Assembly: GCA_016180925.1 (NCBI GenBank)
Contig: JACPAH010000020.1
Location: forward strand, 4,620-28,619
Length of the DNA: 24,000 nt
Source of the DNA: Candidatus Aenigmatarchaeota archaeon
Lineage (GTDB): Archaea > Aenigmatarchaeota > Aenigmatarchaeia > GW2011-AR5
Reading direction: 5' to 3'
This document shows, in pieces, positions 1-8,585 of the stretch. Made by a program: the position numbers and the translations under genes. Position 1 is the stretch's first letter. Each line of letters opens with the position of its first letter. Under the pieces are notes generated by a model that was given only the letters and a program-made list of their open reading frames with translations, had not been told where the DNA came from and ran no database searches.

Positions 1-2
1 AG

Positions 3-770
3 CGCATTACGCCGTTCTTCCTGCTTCTTGTGCCTTTTGTGATGCTGTTCGCGGCTTTTGCCGAGCCGGCCCTGAATTTCCTTTCACAGTACGGGATGCT
101 TTCGGCGGCCGGCACCATCCCCCTTGACATTGCCGTTTCTCTGACGTCGTTCTTCGCCCTGTTTGCTTTTCTGATAGTCGCGGTCTTCCTCATAGACCTC
201 TACGTGAGGGGCGTCATAATAGACAATGCCAAGGCGTTTTACGGCGGGAAAAGACTGTCCCTGAAGAGCAGCAGGAAGGCCTTCAGGGGAAGATATCTGA
301 GCCTTCTGGGAGCTATTATAATAGTAAAGCTTATCAGCACCGGCCTCAGCGTCATACCTTTCGTTGGATGGATATTCACGATAGTTCTTACATGGGTATT
401 TTTGGTTGTACTCCAGTCCGTCGTGGTTTCAAGGAAAAACACCATAGACTCGATAAAGGACAGTTACAATCTCTTCATTTCAAGGAAGCTTGACACCGTG
501 GTATTCTGGCTCCTGCTGGCGATAATATCTTTCGCGCTTTTCATAGCCGCGATGATACCGCTTCTCATAGCGGCGTGGCCCGTGATAGCCGCCGTCCTTT
601 CAAACCTCACTGGCGGAACAGGCGTTTCGGTAGTTGACATGATAAGGCTCAACCTTTCGCAGATATTCGCTGCCGGGCTGGTGTCGGCTTTCATACTGGG
701 ATTCGCGCAGCTCTTCAAGGAGTCAGCCACCACCTTCTTCTACATCGAGGCCAGGAAGAGAAAGCGCTGA
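3..770 (+). CDS. polytopic membrane protein of unknown family; 5' end probably outside the window
   Basis: The frame is open from position 3, with no stop upstream of the GTG at 30. It has several long hydrophobic segments and ends ...EARKRKR-TGA at 770. No family recognised. Confidence 0.6.
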   Translation, partial: RITPFFLLLVPFVMLFAAFAEPALNFLSQYGMLSAAGTIPLDIAVSLTSFFALFAFLIVAVFLIDLYVRGVIIDNAKAFYGGKRLSLKSSRKAFRGRYLSLLGAIIIVKLISTGLSVIPFVGWIFTIVLTWVFLVVLQSVVVSRKNTIDSIKDSYNLFISRKLDTVVFWLLLAIISFALFIAAMIPLLIAAWPVIAAVLSNLTGGTGVSVVDMIRLNLSQIFAAGLVSAFILGFAQLFKESATTFFYIEARKRKR

Positions 771-819
771 GTGGGACAAACAGGATAAAAAGACAGGAAA
801 AATCATCTTATAGAAGCAA

Positions 820-2253
820 ATGTACGAAGTAGAGCATAACTGCGGATTCTGCGTGACCCACAGCCTGAATGACGCTTATTCTTTCATCGGCGACCTGCAG
901 CACAGGGGAAGGGATGCAGCTGGAATTGCCGCCATAGGCGACCGTATAGATGTCATAAAATGGAAGGGCACCGTTGCCACCATCGACCTTGGAGATTTGT
1001 ATAAACTTTTGAGAAGCAGCGACTATCACACTTATATGGCCCATGTAAGGTATGCCACGCGCGGAAGGAAGGACATGATTCTGGAAGACGCGCATCCTCA
1101 TGTCATAGGCGGGGCTTTCGTCGACAAAGAAAATCATGTTATAATAAGAGGATGTGAGATGGCAATCGTTCACAACGGCCAGGTCAGCGACGAATACCTT
1201 TCCGGGGTCGACCGGGCGCTTCTGAGAAGCGGCTCCGATACAGAGGCACTGCTTCATATCTATAGGGAGATAGGTGAAAGGGGCCTGATGAACAGAGTTC
1301 CGGGCGCTTACACAATGGCAATCGCGGATACGGCCAGGAAAGATGTCATAGTCATGAGGGACAGGACAGGGATAAAACCCGGGGTCCTTGGCTACAAGGA
1401 CGGGAAATATGGCGTCGCGTCCGAGGACATAGCATACAGGAAAGGACACGGAAGATTCGAGGCGGACCTGACACCCGGCACAGTATATTATCTGTCGTCA
1501 AACGGGGCGTTTCCGAGGCTTGATGCAGTCGTCGACCCGGTAATGAGCCGATGTTTTTTTGAATATAACTACGTCGCTGACATGGATTCCGTCATGGACG
1601 GCGTGAGTGTGAGAACGGTAAGGCAGGCTCTGGGCTCCGCGCTGGCTATTGAACATCCGGTACGGGACGCCGACCTTGTGACTTTCATGCCAAGATGCCC
1701 CGAGCCGGCTGCTAAAGTTTATGCTGCGGAAACACTGAAACCCTTTGAAAGTATTTTCTACAAGCTCCGGAGGGAGCGCTCTTTCATGGGCTCCAGCGGC
1801 GCAGACAGGGAAAACTCCATAGGCCTGAATCTCCACATCCTTGACGGAGCTGATGTAAGAGGGAAGAATGTTGTGGTCGTGGATGACAGCACCATAAGGG
1901 GGAACAATTCCAGGCGTGGCATAGAGCTCCTTCGCAGCGCCGGCGTAAGAAAAATATATTATCTGAATTACACACCGATGATAGGCATCGTGGGCGAGGA
2001 TGGAGTGCCCAGGGGATGCGAGTTCGGCGTCGACATGCCGCCGCAGGAAAGCCCGCCTGACCACCAGTTTATAGCAAGAGGCAGGAGTTCGGCGGAGATT
2101 GCAGACATAATGAGGGTGGATGATGTGTATTTTTTGTCCGTTGAAGGCATGCTTCGCGCGTTCGAGAGGAGCGGTATCCCGCGAAGCCATTTGTGCACCT
2201 ACTGCATCGGCGGCTCGCATCCATTCCTTCAGATAGAGGATGCCGTAAGGTAA
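820..2253 (+). CDS. purF: glutamine-PRPP amidotransferase (PurF)-like protein
   Basis: N-terminal nucleophile Cys follows a short propeptide (MYEVEHN-CGFCV). Ntn-amidotransferase-like HRGRDAAGIA is present. The PRTase motif is VVVVDDSTIRGNNSR (canonical VDDSIVRGTT). The sequence is divergent, so the exact activity is uncertain. Confidence 0.75.
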   Translation: MYEVEHNCGFCVTHSLNDAYSFIGDLQHRGRDAAGIAAIGDRIDVIKWKGTVATIDLGDLYKLLRSSDYHTYMAHVRYATRGRKDMILEDAHPHVIGGAFVDKENHVIIRGCEMAIVHNGQVSDEYLSGVDRALLRSGSDTEALLHIYREIGERGLMNRVPGAYTMAIADTARKDVIVMRDRTGIKPGVLGYKDGKYGVASEDIAYRKGHGRFEADLTPGTVYYLSSNGAFPRLDAVVDPVMSRCFFEYNYVADMDSVMDGVSVRTVRQALGSALAIEHPVRDADLVTFMPRCPEPAAKVYAAETLKPFESIFYKLRRERSFMGSSGADRENSIGLNLHILDGADVRGKNVVVVDDSTIRGNNSRRGIELLRSAGVRKIYYLNYTPMIGIVGEDGVPRGCEFGVDMPPQESPPDHQFIARGRSSAEIADIMRVDDVYFLSVEGMLRAFERSGIPRSHLCTYCIGGSHPFLQIEDAVR

Positions 2254-2316
2254 TCACGCACGCATTTCCTTCGTAATTAGGCATTGCAATAAAAATACCT
2301 GAGGACAACAGTTATA

Positions 2317-2688
2317 ATGGCAGGCGATATCGAGAGGATTCTGAGGGAGCAGGCGGACATGAATGATAGGATAGGGCGCCTCGTCAAGTCCATAAATTCC
2401 GAGTATTCTGACGCCGTTTCCGGCGAGATAGAGAAGCTTTATGCGAACGACGCCGAGCTCGAAAAGAGCATCGATGGTCTCCATGAGGCCGCAAAATCCA
2501 TGGAAACCGTCATCGAGGCCTTGGGGGAAAAAATAGACGCCCTGGCGCAGAAGATGAGATATATTGAGGAGACCAACGAGAAGATAGCCGGCGACGTAGA
2601 CATCATGGAGAGGCGGCTGTCGTCGGCCGAGAGGCTCCAGGACATGAACGGGATGGAAGAGGCCGTCAGGAAGATAAAAAGGGAATAG
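2317..2688 (+). CDS. small coiled-coil protein, hypothetical
   Basis: 123-aa ORF, Glu/Lys/Ala-rich with heptad-like character. ATG start, TAG stop. No recognisable motif. Confidence 0.55.
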   Translation: MAGDIERILREQADMNDRIGRLVKSINSEYSDAVSGEIEKLYANDAELEKSIDGLHEAAKSMETVIEALGEKIDALAQKMRYIEETNEKIAGDVDIMERRLSSAERLQDMNGMEEAVRKIKRE

Positions 2689-2723
2689 TTCTTTGCGCCT
2701 TCGGGCTTCTGCATGGCACGGAC

Positions 2724-2854
2724 GATTGTATCCAAAATAAGTATGATGGCGGACGTAGCGGTATACGCATTAATGCGTATACCGCAGCTAGGGGTATTGT
2801 GAAAACACAATACCCCTCACGTCCGCCATCGTCATACGAGAATTGGATACAATC
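2724..2854 (+). other. 131-nt nested perfect inverted repeats predicting a three-way junction (candidate BHB-like intron or palindromic insertion)
   Basis: 2724-2735 is the exact reverse complement of 2843-2854, and 2745-2756 of 2819-2830. The 4-bp GTAT/ATAC helix is 2741-2744/2834-2837. Apical hairpins are 2758-2769/2774-2785 (loop TTAA) and 2790-2801/2806-2817 (loop AAAA). The four main helices are each 12 bp, and all helices are free of mismatches and G-U pairs. Confidence 0.8.
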
Positions 2855-2979
2855 TACACATACTTGAGTACGCGGCCATACTTGCCGCCCTTCTCGCGGC
2901 TTCGTACCTTTCGTTTAGCCTTACGGGATTTCTGATTGCGGATGATTACGCATACGAAAGCGAAGTCGTAGCGACCTCG

Positions 2980-4581
2980 GTGAAGAAGGATATCGCAGAG
3001 ACTATAAAGTTCGAGAGCTTCAGGCCCGGGTCGTGCAAGGACGGCATTCTGGTGACGGTGAAGGACGGGACCGCCGTCGACTTCACGACGAAGAAGGAGA
3101 AGTACAGGGACGGCCTCTGCAAAAAGGCGACAGTGGAATTCGACAACGTCATTTACAGCAAGGCCGACAAGAAGAAGAATGCCACGTCAATAACCTATAT
3201 GATATATTACGGTAAGATATCCTCGGGCAACGGGACGTTCGGGAACGAAACCGGCGACGAATACGAGAACGGGCCTCCGGTCCTCCTGTCGGATGTGCCG
3301 GACGTCGTGATAGAGTACAACGGCTCTTATTCGCTCAACCTCTCTGAATACTTCTCGGACAGCGAGACGCTTGCATTCACTGCAGACGTTAACAGCAACA
3401 TTTCCATATCCATATCAGGCAGCGAGGCGACGCTGTCGCCTCTTTCATACCCTTATAACGGAACCCACACTGTAACTGCGAGCGACGGGGAATACACTGC
3501 GTCCAGCACTTTCAATGTCTATGCAAAGCCGCCTCCCGTCATCAACCAGACGGGACAGAACGAAGACAATGGCACTGCGCTTGACGAGAGTATATCGGTT
3601 CAAATTAGCCTGACGTATCCGGAGAACAACACGGTAATATTTGAGGGCAACCATACGTTCCTTTTCAGTGCATCAAACGGCACCTGCTCAGTCAGGCTGA
3701 GGAACCAGAGCGTCCAGAGCGAAGCTTATATTGAAAAAGGCTATTACTGGTGGGGCGTCTCATGCGAATACATGAACAGGACTTATCTTTCTGGAAAGAA
3801 TTATCTAGTTGTGATGCCCCGGACGACCATGAGTATAAATTACAGCAATGTCCAGGACCTTGCCAATGCGAGCAACATAAGCGTTGAGAACCCCTCCATA
3901 GGAAAGCTCGTCTTCGACGAGCCGATAGACCTTACGGTCGTGCAGGAGATGGAGAGGTACATAAACATATCAAGGAACCGCGTCGAGATAGATACGCAGT
4001 CAATGCAGCACCTGAACAAGAGTGCGATAGTTACTCTTTATAACATAGAGGCATCGAACCCTGTCATAAAGCAGGATGGCAGGCCATGCCCCGAGGATGT
4101 ATGCCGGATAATAAGCTACGGGAACGGCGTCCTCGTCTTCAGGGTTGGGCACTTTACCGTTTACGAGGTCGGCGACGCGCCCCAGCCTGAACCGGAGCCG
4201 CAGGCTGCACCCCAGGCTTCTGGAGGCGGCGGAAGCAGCGGGGGAAGCGGCAACTTCGCCCCGTCTCCGGAGAGCTCTTTCGGGGGAGCTGTCACAATCA
4301 CGAGAAAGAATCAGACGCAGGAGGCGGCTTCTCCCGAAGAAGTTGACGCGGAGGAACAGGCCGCGCCAACGGCGGCACAACCCTCCATGCCGCAGGAAGA
4401 GACCGTATACGAACAGCCGGTATCCGACACGAAAAATGAGAACTACATAACAGGGAGCGTGATACGATTATTTGTGGATAATGCGGTATATATTGTCGCT
4501 TTCTTTGTGGCACTCTTAGCCGGTATTGTTTTGATGAGGAAGAAAGGCATTAATGCTTCAAAAAGAAAGAAAAGACGATGA
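2980..4581 (+). CDS. C-terminally anchored, N-glycosylation-sequon-rich surface protein (true N-terminus lies upstream of the GTG at 2980)
   Basis: There are dozens of N-x-S/T sequons, a Pro/Glu/Gln/Gly/Ser linker (PQPEPEPQAAPQASGGGGSSGGSG), and a C-terminal TM helix followed by a basic tail (RKKGINASKRKKRR). The frame is open back to 2803 and encodes a signal-peptide-like LEYAAILAALLAASYLSFSLTGFLIA without any canonical start codon. Confidence 0.8.
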   Translation: MKKDIAETIKFESFRPGSCKDGILVTVKDGTAVDFTTKKEKYRDGLCKKATVEFDNVIYSKADKKKNATSITYMIYYGKISSGNGTFGNETGDEYENGPPVLLSDVPDVVIEYNGSYSLNLSEYFSDSETLAFTADVNSNISISISGSEATLSPLSYPYNGTHTVTASDGEYTASSTFNVYAKPPPVINQTGQNEDNGTALDESISVQISLTYPENNTVIFEGNHTFLFSASNGTCSVRLRNQSVQSEAYIEKGYYWWGVSCEYMNRTYLSGKNYLVVMPRTTMSINYSNVQDLANASNISVENPSIGKLVFDEPIDLTVVQEMERYINISRNRVEIDTQSMQHLNKSAIVTLYNIEASNPVIKQDGRPCPEDVCRIISYGNGVLVFRVGHFTVYEVGDAPQPEPEPQAAPQASGGGGSSGGSGNFAPSPESSFGGAVTITRKNQTQEAASPEEVDAEEQAAPTAAQPSMPQEETVYEQPVSDTKNENYITGSVIRLFVDNAVYIVAFFVALLAGIVLMRKKGINASKRKKRR

Positions 4582-5186
4582 GAATTCTGGTCTTCGACTT
4601 TGACGGCGTCATATCGGACTCTGCTGAAACTCATGTGAAAATATTCAACAGGCTATGCCGCAAATACGGCCTGTCTCCAGTGAAGGATGCCGTGGAATAC
4701 GGCAAACTGTTCGGCAAGAATTTCTACGAATCAGCAGTCGGGCTTGGGCTGAAAAGGGAAATGATACCCGAATTGTTAAGGGACTTCACGGAAAATTGCT
4801 TGAAGGAAAAAATACACCTGTTCCAGGGCGCAAAGGAGATGCTCGAATCCCTTTCCGCGGGGAACGAGATAATCATAGTTACGTCCAATGTCACGGCGTC
4901 TGTGGAAAAGAACCTGGCGGAAAACGGCATCGTATACATAAAAGAAATACTCGGTGGCGACAAGGGCACGAGCAAGGTGGAAAAACTCCTGATGCTGAAG
5001 AAAAGATTTTCCGGCAGTGACGTGTATTTCATCGGCGACACGGCCGGCGACATGAAGGAAGGGAAGGAGGCCGGCGTGAAGACCGTGGCTGTGACATGGG
5101 GCATTCACTCGAAGGATGAGCTCCGGAAGGAAACCCCTGACTATATTGTGGATTCTGTGCGGGAACTTGAGGTGCTTTTCAGGTGA
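4578..5186 (+). CDS. HAD-superfamily phosphatase (phosphoglycolate phosphatase-like)
   Basis: Motif I is FDFDGVISDS, motif II IIVTSN, motif IV GDTAGDMKEG. The ATGA start/stop overlaps the upstream gene. Confidence 0.85.
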   Translation: MRILVFDFDGVISDSAETHVKIFNRLCRKYGLSPVKDAVEYGKLFGKNFYESAVGLGLKREMIPELLRDFTENCLKEKIHLFQGAKEMLESLSAGNEIIIVTSNVTASVEKNLAENGIVYIKEILGGDKGTSKVEKLLMLKKRFSGSDVYFIGDTAGDMKEGKEAGVKTVAVTWGIHSKDELRKETPDYIVDSVRELEVLFR

Positions 5187-5479
5187 CTAAGATGCGCCCC
5201 GGCAGGACTTCCTCTTATAAAATGAAGCCTTCATGCAGGTTCGCGTTGGTTTCCGGGGCCCTGGTAGCGGCGCTCAACATAGGTGGGTATTTTCTTGAAA
5301 ACTCCCAGCTTAGGACGGCCGAGGAAGTCGAAGGATGGCGGGGCACTGAAAGATACGCCAGGAGCATCGTCGACTCGGTAGATTGGCCCCACGAATATCT
5401 GTTTTTCTACGGAGTCAGGCTGTCTGCCAGTAATTACTTGGAAAAAAAATCTATTGCGGCTTACGGTATCAAGGAATAA
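5183..5479 (+). CDS. small hypothetical protein with one hydrophobic segment
   Basis: 98-aa ORF whose start overlaps the HAD stop. It contains hydrophobic FALVSGALVAALNIGGYF. No family recognised and the start is uncertain. Confidence 0.4.
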   Translation: MTKMRPGRTSSYKMKPSCRFALVSGALVAALNIGGYFLENSQLRTAEEVEGWRGTERYARSIVDSVDWPHEYLFFYGVRLSASNYLEKKSIAAYGIKE

Positions 5480-5488
5480 AAGGGAAAA

Positions 5489-7417
5489 CTACTTCACCAC
5501 TACCCGTCCCCGGGCCTTCACCACGTTGCTGGCAGGCCAGTACGACGTAAAGGAAAAGCTCTTCTCGGCAGTGAACTCGACCTCGCCCGCGCCGCCGGGC
5601 TCTATCTTATTGGTGTTGAAGTAGTCGGACCTGAAGTCCAGGCCGCCGAACGAGACCTTCTCTTCCCGCACCTTGAACGTTATCCTGACCTTGTCGCCCC
5701 TGTTCACTTCTATTATGGACGGCGACATGACCACATCGTCGCCCTCGACAGTGAAGCTTTTTGCCTCCCCTGTGCGTTCCTGTATCTTTTCCTGCATCTT
5801 CTCTATCCTGCCCTCGACCCTATCCCTTATCTTCATCGCCCTCTCGACGTTGCGCTCGGCCGCGCGCTTCGCGATCTCAGGCAGCTTTTCCGAGCGCTCA
5901 CATATGTTGGCAAGGCGCTTCGCGTTGCCGACCTCGCGCTGCTGCTTGAGGAGGGATGCGGCCTTCGGGTGGTCGCTGGCGTCAAGCGCAGTTTTTATTG
6001 AATCCCTGAGGGATTTTGCCTCTTCCACCAGTTTCTCCACGTCGGTGGAGTTGCACTTCTCCTTCAGCCGCGGAAGCACGCTCTCGACTTCGTTCAGCGT
6101 GCTCTCGTACATTCCGCGGATGTTGGCAGCGCCCCTCTCCTCGATGTCAACGTGCTTCTGCCATTCCCATTTTATTCTGTCTCTTGACTGCCATTTTTCT
6201 TCCCTGTAGGCCCTTATTTCCTGCATTTTTCTCTCGGCTATCGCCACGTCGCCCGCAATTATGTCGTTCTTTATCGCAAGAAGCTTCGCCTTGGCGTCGT
6301 TCAGCTTCGCTTTAAGGGATGAAACGTCGCCGTTTGCAGCAAGGTCGTCGGCTTCTATGAGCTCCTCGTCTATCTCGCTCTCAGTCTCGTTCAGCCTCTC
6401 GAGGAGCTTCGCCTTTATTTTTTCCTTCATCGAGTTTCTTATCCCGGCGTATTTCTCCCTTCGCTCCTCCCATTTTTCCCTGTGGGCTTCCCACATTTTC
6501 TTCGCCGTTTCGCTTGCCCTCTCGCCCGTGACCTTTGTCGGCACTATGCTGCGCGCCCTCAACCCGGCCTCTATCTCGCCGGCGAGGGCCGGGATGCCGG
6601 CTATTCTCACGTCCTTTATGCTGTTCTCCACGATGAAGTCTGCTATGGCTTCTGTCTGTGACGCATCCGTTACAAACCTGACCACGGAGCCAGCAGCCGG
6701 GTTTGACGATGCGACGGCAACGTCGTTCCACGCCTTGGCCGCAATGATGACGACCTTCGTATTATTGGAGTAGTATTCTAGGACTTCCTTGTCAACGTCC
6801 GTGTCTCTAAGTTCTTTCAGCTTGTATTTTGCAAGCATGGCCTTCGGGCCCGAAGAAAGCACCCCTATATGGTGCACGTCGCTGACATTCATGCTTTCAA
6901 GCAATGCAAGAACCTCGGAAGGCACCTCGCCTTTCGGCACCGGCAGGAAGGGGCACTCAAGGTTCGATGCCAGAGTGGACGCAAGCAGTCCGTCCTGCGT
7001 GTCAGCCTCAGGGTTCTTGGTGTCATCGGCGAGGACTGCGCACCTTGAGCCCTCGACCCAGAAATATTTCGCGACCTCGACAGCCGTTCCGGTTCTCTCT
7101 ATCCCCCACAGCCTTATCACGTTGTAGCCCAGAGTTTTGAGGCTGCTTTCGGCATTTGCCGACACGACGGCTGGTCCCCCGACTATGATTACAGTCCTGG
7201 CGCTGGCGGATGCTATCGACGATTTCACGTCTTCATTCAGCTCGCCGCCAGGCATCGTGAATACGGGGATGCCGTGCCTGTCGCCCGCGGCCTTCGCCAC
7301 CAGAAGGTCGACGCTCGTCTTGTCGGTCGTGACTATTACAGTGTCGACGCTTTGCGCAAAAGATACGCTTGCAAGAAGAATAACAGCCAGTGCCAGATAC
7401 TTCATGAGCAACCACAT
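5489..7417 (-). CDS. secreted surface protein: CWB2-like repeat region, long coiled coil, C-terminal cupredoxin-like beta domain
   Basis: A signal peptide MKYLALAVILLASVSFAQS follows ATGs at 7417 and 7405; the GTG at 7465 would overlap the upstream gene. TVIIVGGPAVVS and GIERTGTAVEVAKYF resemble cell-wall-binding repeat 2. About 250 aa are Glu/Lys/Arg-rich coiled coil. The C-terminus (SIIEVNRGDKVRITFK...EPGGAGEVEFTAEK) looks like a cupredoxin/EfeO-type fold. Confidence 0.75.
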   Translation of the reverse strand: MWLLMKYLALAVILLASVSFAQSVDTVIVTTDKTSVDLLVAKAAGDRHGIPVFTMPGGELNEDVKSSIASASARTVIIVGGPAVVSANAESSLKTLGYNVIRLWGIERTGTAVEVAKYFWVEGSRCAVLADDTKNPEADTQDGLLASTLASNLECPFLPVPKGEVPSEVLALLESMNVSDVHHIGVLSSGPKAMLAKYKLKELRDTDVDKEVLEYYSNNTKVVIIAAKAWNDVAVASSNPAAGSVVRFVTDASQTEAIADFIVENSIKDVRIAGIPALAGEIEAGLRARSIVPTKVTGERASETAKKMWEAHREKWEERREKYAGIRNSMKEKIKAKLLERLNETESEIDEELIEADDLAANGDVSSLKAKLNDAKAKLLAIKNDIIAGDVAIAERKMQEIRAYREEKWQSRDRIKWEWQKHVDIEERGAANIRGMYESTLNEVESVLPRLKEKCNSTDVEKLVEEAKSLRDSIKTALDASDHPKAASLLKQQREVGNAKRLANICERSEKLPEIAKRAAERNVERAMKIRDRVEGRIEKMQEKIQERTGEAKSFTVEGDDVVMSPSIIEVNRGDKVRITFKVREEKVSFGGLDFRSDYFNTNKIEPGGAGEVEFTAEKSFSFTSYWPASNVVKARGRVVVK

Positions 7418-7449
7418 TCCAATAATTGATTGTGGATATTTATATGTCT

Positions 7450-8496
7450 TTACCGGACTGCGCACCTGTTCGGTCCGGCCTCAAGCTCGCGCAATTCCTC
7501 ATCCTCAAGCTCTGCAAGGCCTTTGTTGAATTCCTTTATCGCCTCGAAGTTGCTGGGCTTCGGCTGCACGTTTCCGGCGACCCACCGGATAAATTTCTGC
7601 TTCTGCATTGAAAGCGCCGCCAGGCTTCTTTTGAGCTCGCCGAGCGCTGCTGATATGAGGAGTCCGTGTTTTATTTCACTTCCGTAATGTGCCGGAAGTA
7701 TTTTCGTGGTGTCAGGAAGCACAAGAATTCTTTTCTGGAGGGTTTCCCACAGAATGCCGGCGTTTTCCTCCGCGTCCTGCCCGAGGTCTGGCCGTCCGAC
7801 GCTTTCTATAAAAAGCGTGTCGCCGGTGAATGCAAATTCCCCCAGCAAATAAGTCATGCTTCCCGGCGTATGGCCTGGAGTGTGAACGGCTCGTATTTCA
7901 GCGTCTCCGACTCTGATAGCAGTCCCGTATGACACGGTTTGATGTTTTGTCGTCTGACCATCGTCAGGCGCATAATAGGCTGCTCCAGTCCGTTCGGCAA
8001 GTATGCATCCGCCGCTTGCGTGGTCCGCATGGACGTGGGTTTCTATGGCCGCGGCAATGCGATTTTTTCCTGCAGCCTGCATGTACACGTCGGTGTCAAT
8101 TGTCGGGTCTATGACAGCGGCCTCGCCATCGCTTGTAATCATGTAACTTAGGCACCCCTTGCCGACGCGCCTTATCTGAAGAATGCCGGAAGAAATTTCA
8201 GTGATGTCGTAGACGCTGTTCCATGCAACCATCCCGCCCCTCATGCTCGAGATGTCGTATCCCTGCATGGACAGGATTTGCTTTGCCCTTTCGCTTCTCA
8301 TGCCGTGCAGGCAGACTGCGATTATTTTCCTGTCCTTCGGCAGCTCCGCGCCGGCATAAACGGACGAAAGCGGGATGTTCACGCTTCCCGGAATGTGCCA
8401 TTCTTCATACTCCAAAGGCTCACGCACGTCAAGAACAAATATTTTCTGCCCTTCGTCAAGCTTCTGCTTGAGTTCCTGTGGAGTCATGAAGCTCAT
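7450..8496 (-). CDS. rhodanese domain fused to a metallo-beta-lactamase fold (persulfide dioxygenase-like)
   Basis: N-terminal rhodanese has the active-site loop CLHGMRS. The MBL motif is ETHVHADHASG, with later HTPGHTPGS and FTGDTLF. Confidence 0.8.
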   Translation of the reverse strand: MSFMTPQELKQKLDEGQKIFVLDVREPLEYEEWHIPGSVNIPLSSVYAGAELPKDRKIIAVCLHGMRSERAKQILSMQGYDISSMRGGMVAWNSVYDITEISSGILQIRRVGKGCLSYMITSDGEAAVIDPTIDTDVYMQAAGKNRIAAAIETHVHADHASGGCILAERTGAAYYAPDDGQTTKHQTVSYGTAIRVGDAEIRAVHTPGHTPGSMTYLLGEFAFTGDTLFIESVGRPDLGQDAEENAGILWETLQKRILVLPDTTKILPAHYGSEIKHGLLISAALGELKRSLAALSMQKQKFIRWVAGNVQPKPSNFEAIKEFNKGLAELEDEELRELEAGPNRCAVR

Positions 8497-8585
8497 TATA
8501 ATAAATTTTCAGAAAGGGATTAATATCCCAGAGCCCTTGCGTACATCTTTGCATTTTTCAGAAATCCGCCTTTTAGAAAAGTCAA

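Noticed and set aside
808-2220. Long minus-strand ORFs (808-1449, 1498-2220 and nested ones) opposite the PurF-like gene
   Set aside because: They are antisense shadows of a gene with clear family motifs. Their products have no motifs and an odd composition (Cys/His/Pro/Arg-rich).
2686-2802. Stop-codon readthrough or an alternative genetic code linking the coiled-coil ORF (2317-2688), the ATG-2713 mini-ORF and the surface-protein ORF, which are all in the same frame
   Set aside because: TAG, TGA and TAA all terminate well-supported genes elsewhere in the window (for example HAD, pyrG and aIF2-gamma). A fusion would also bury the signal peptide internally. The shared frame is plausibly coincidental.
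4000-4634. Arg/Pro-rich ORFs overlapping the 3' part of the surface-protein gene (4000-4380 -, 4145-4450 +, 4298-4513 -, 4443-4634 -)
   Set aside because: They arise from the GC-rich low-complexity linker of the real gene, and no independent signals support them.
5673-7529. Plus-strand ORFs of 99-178 aa (5673-6209, 6016-6315, 6261-6773, 6789-7127, 7137-7529)
   Set aside because: They mirror the Glu/Lys/Arg-rich coiled-coil gene on the minus strand and translate to low-complexity Ser/Phe/Ala/Leu strings, which is a typical antisense artefact.
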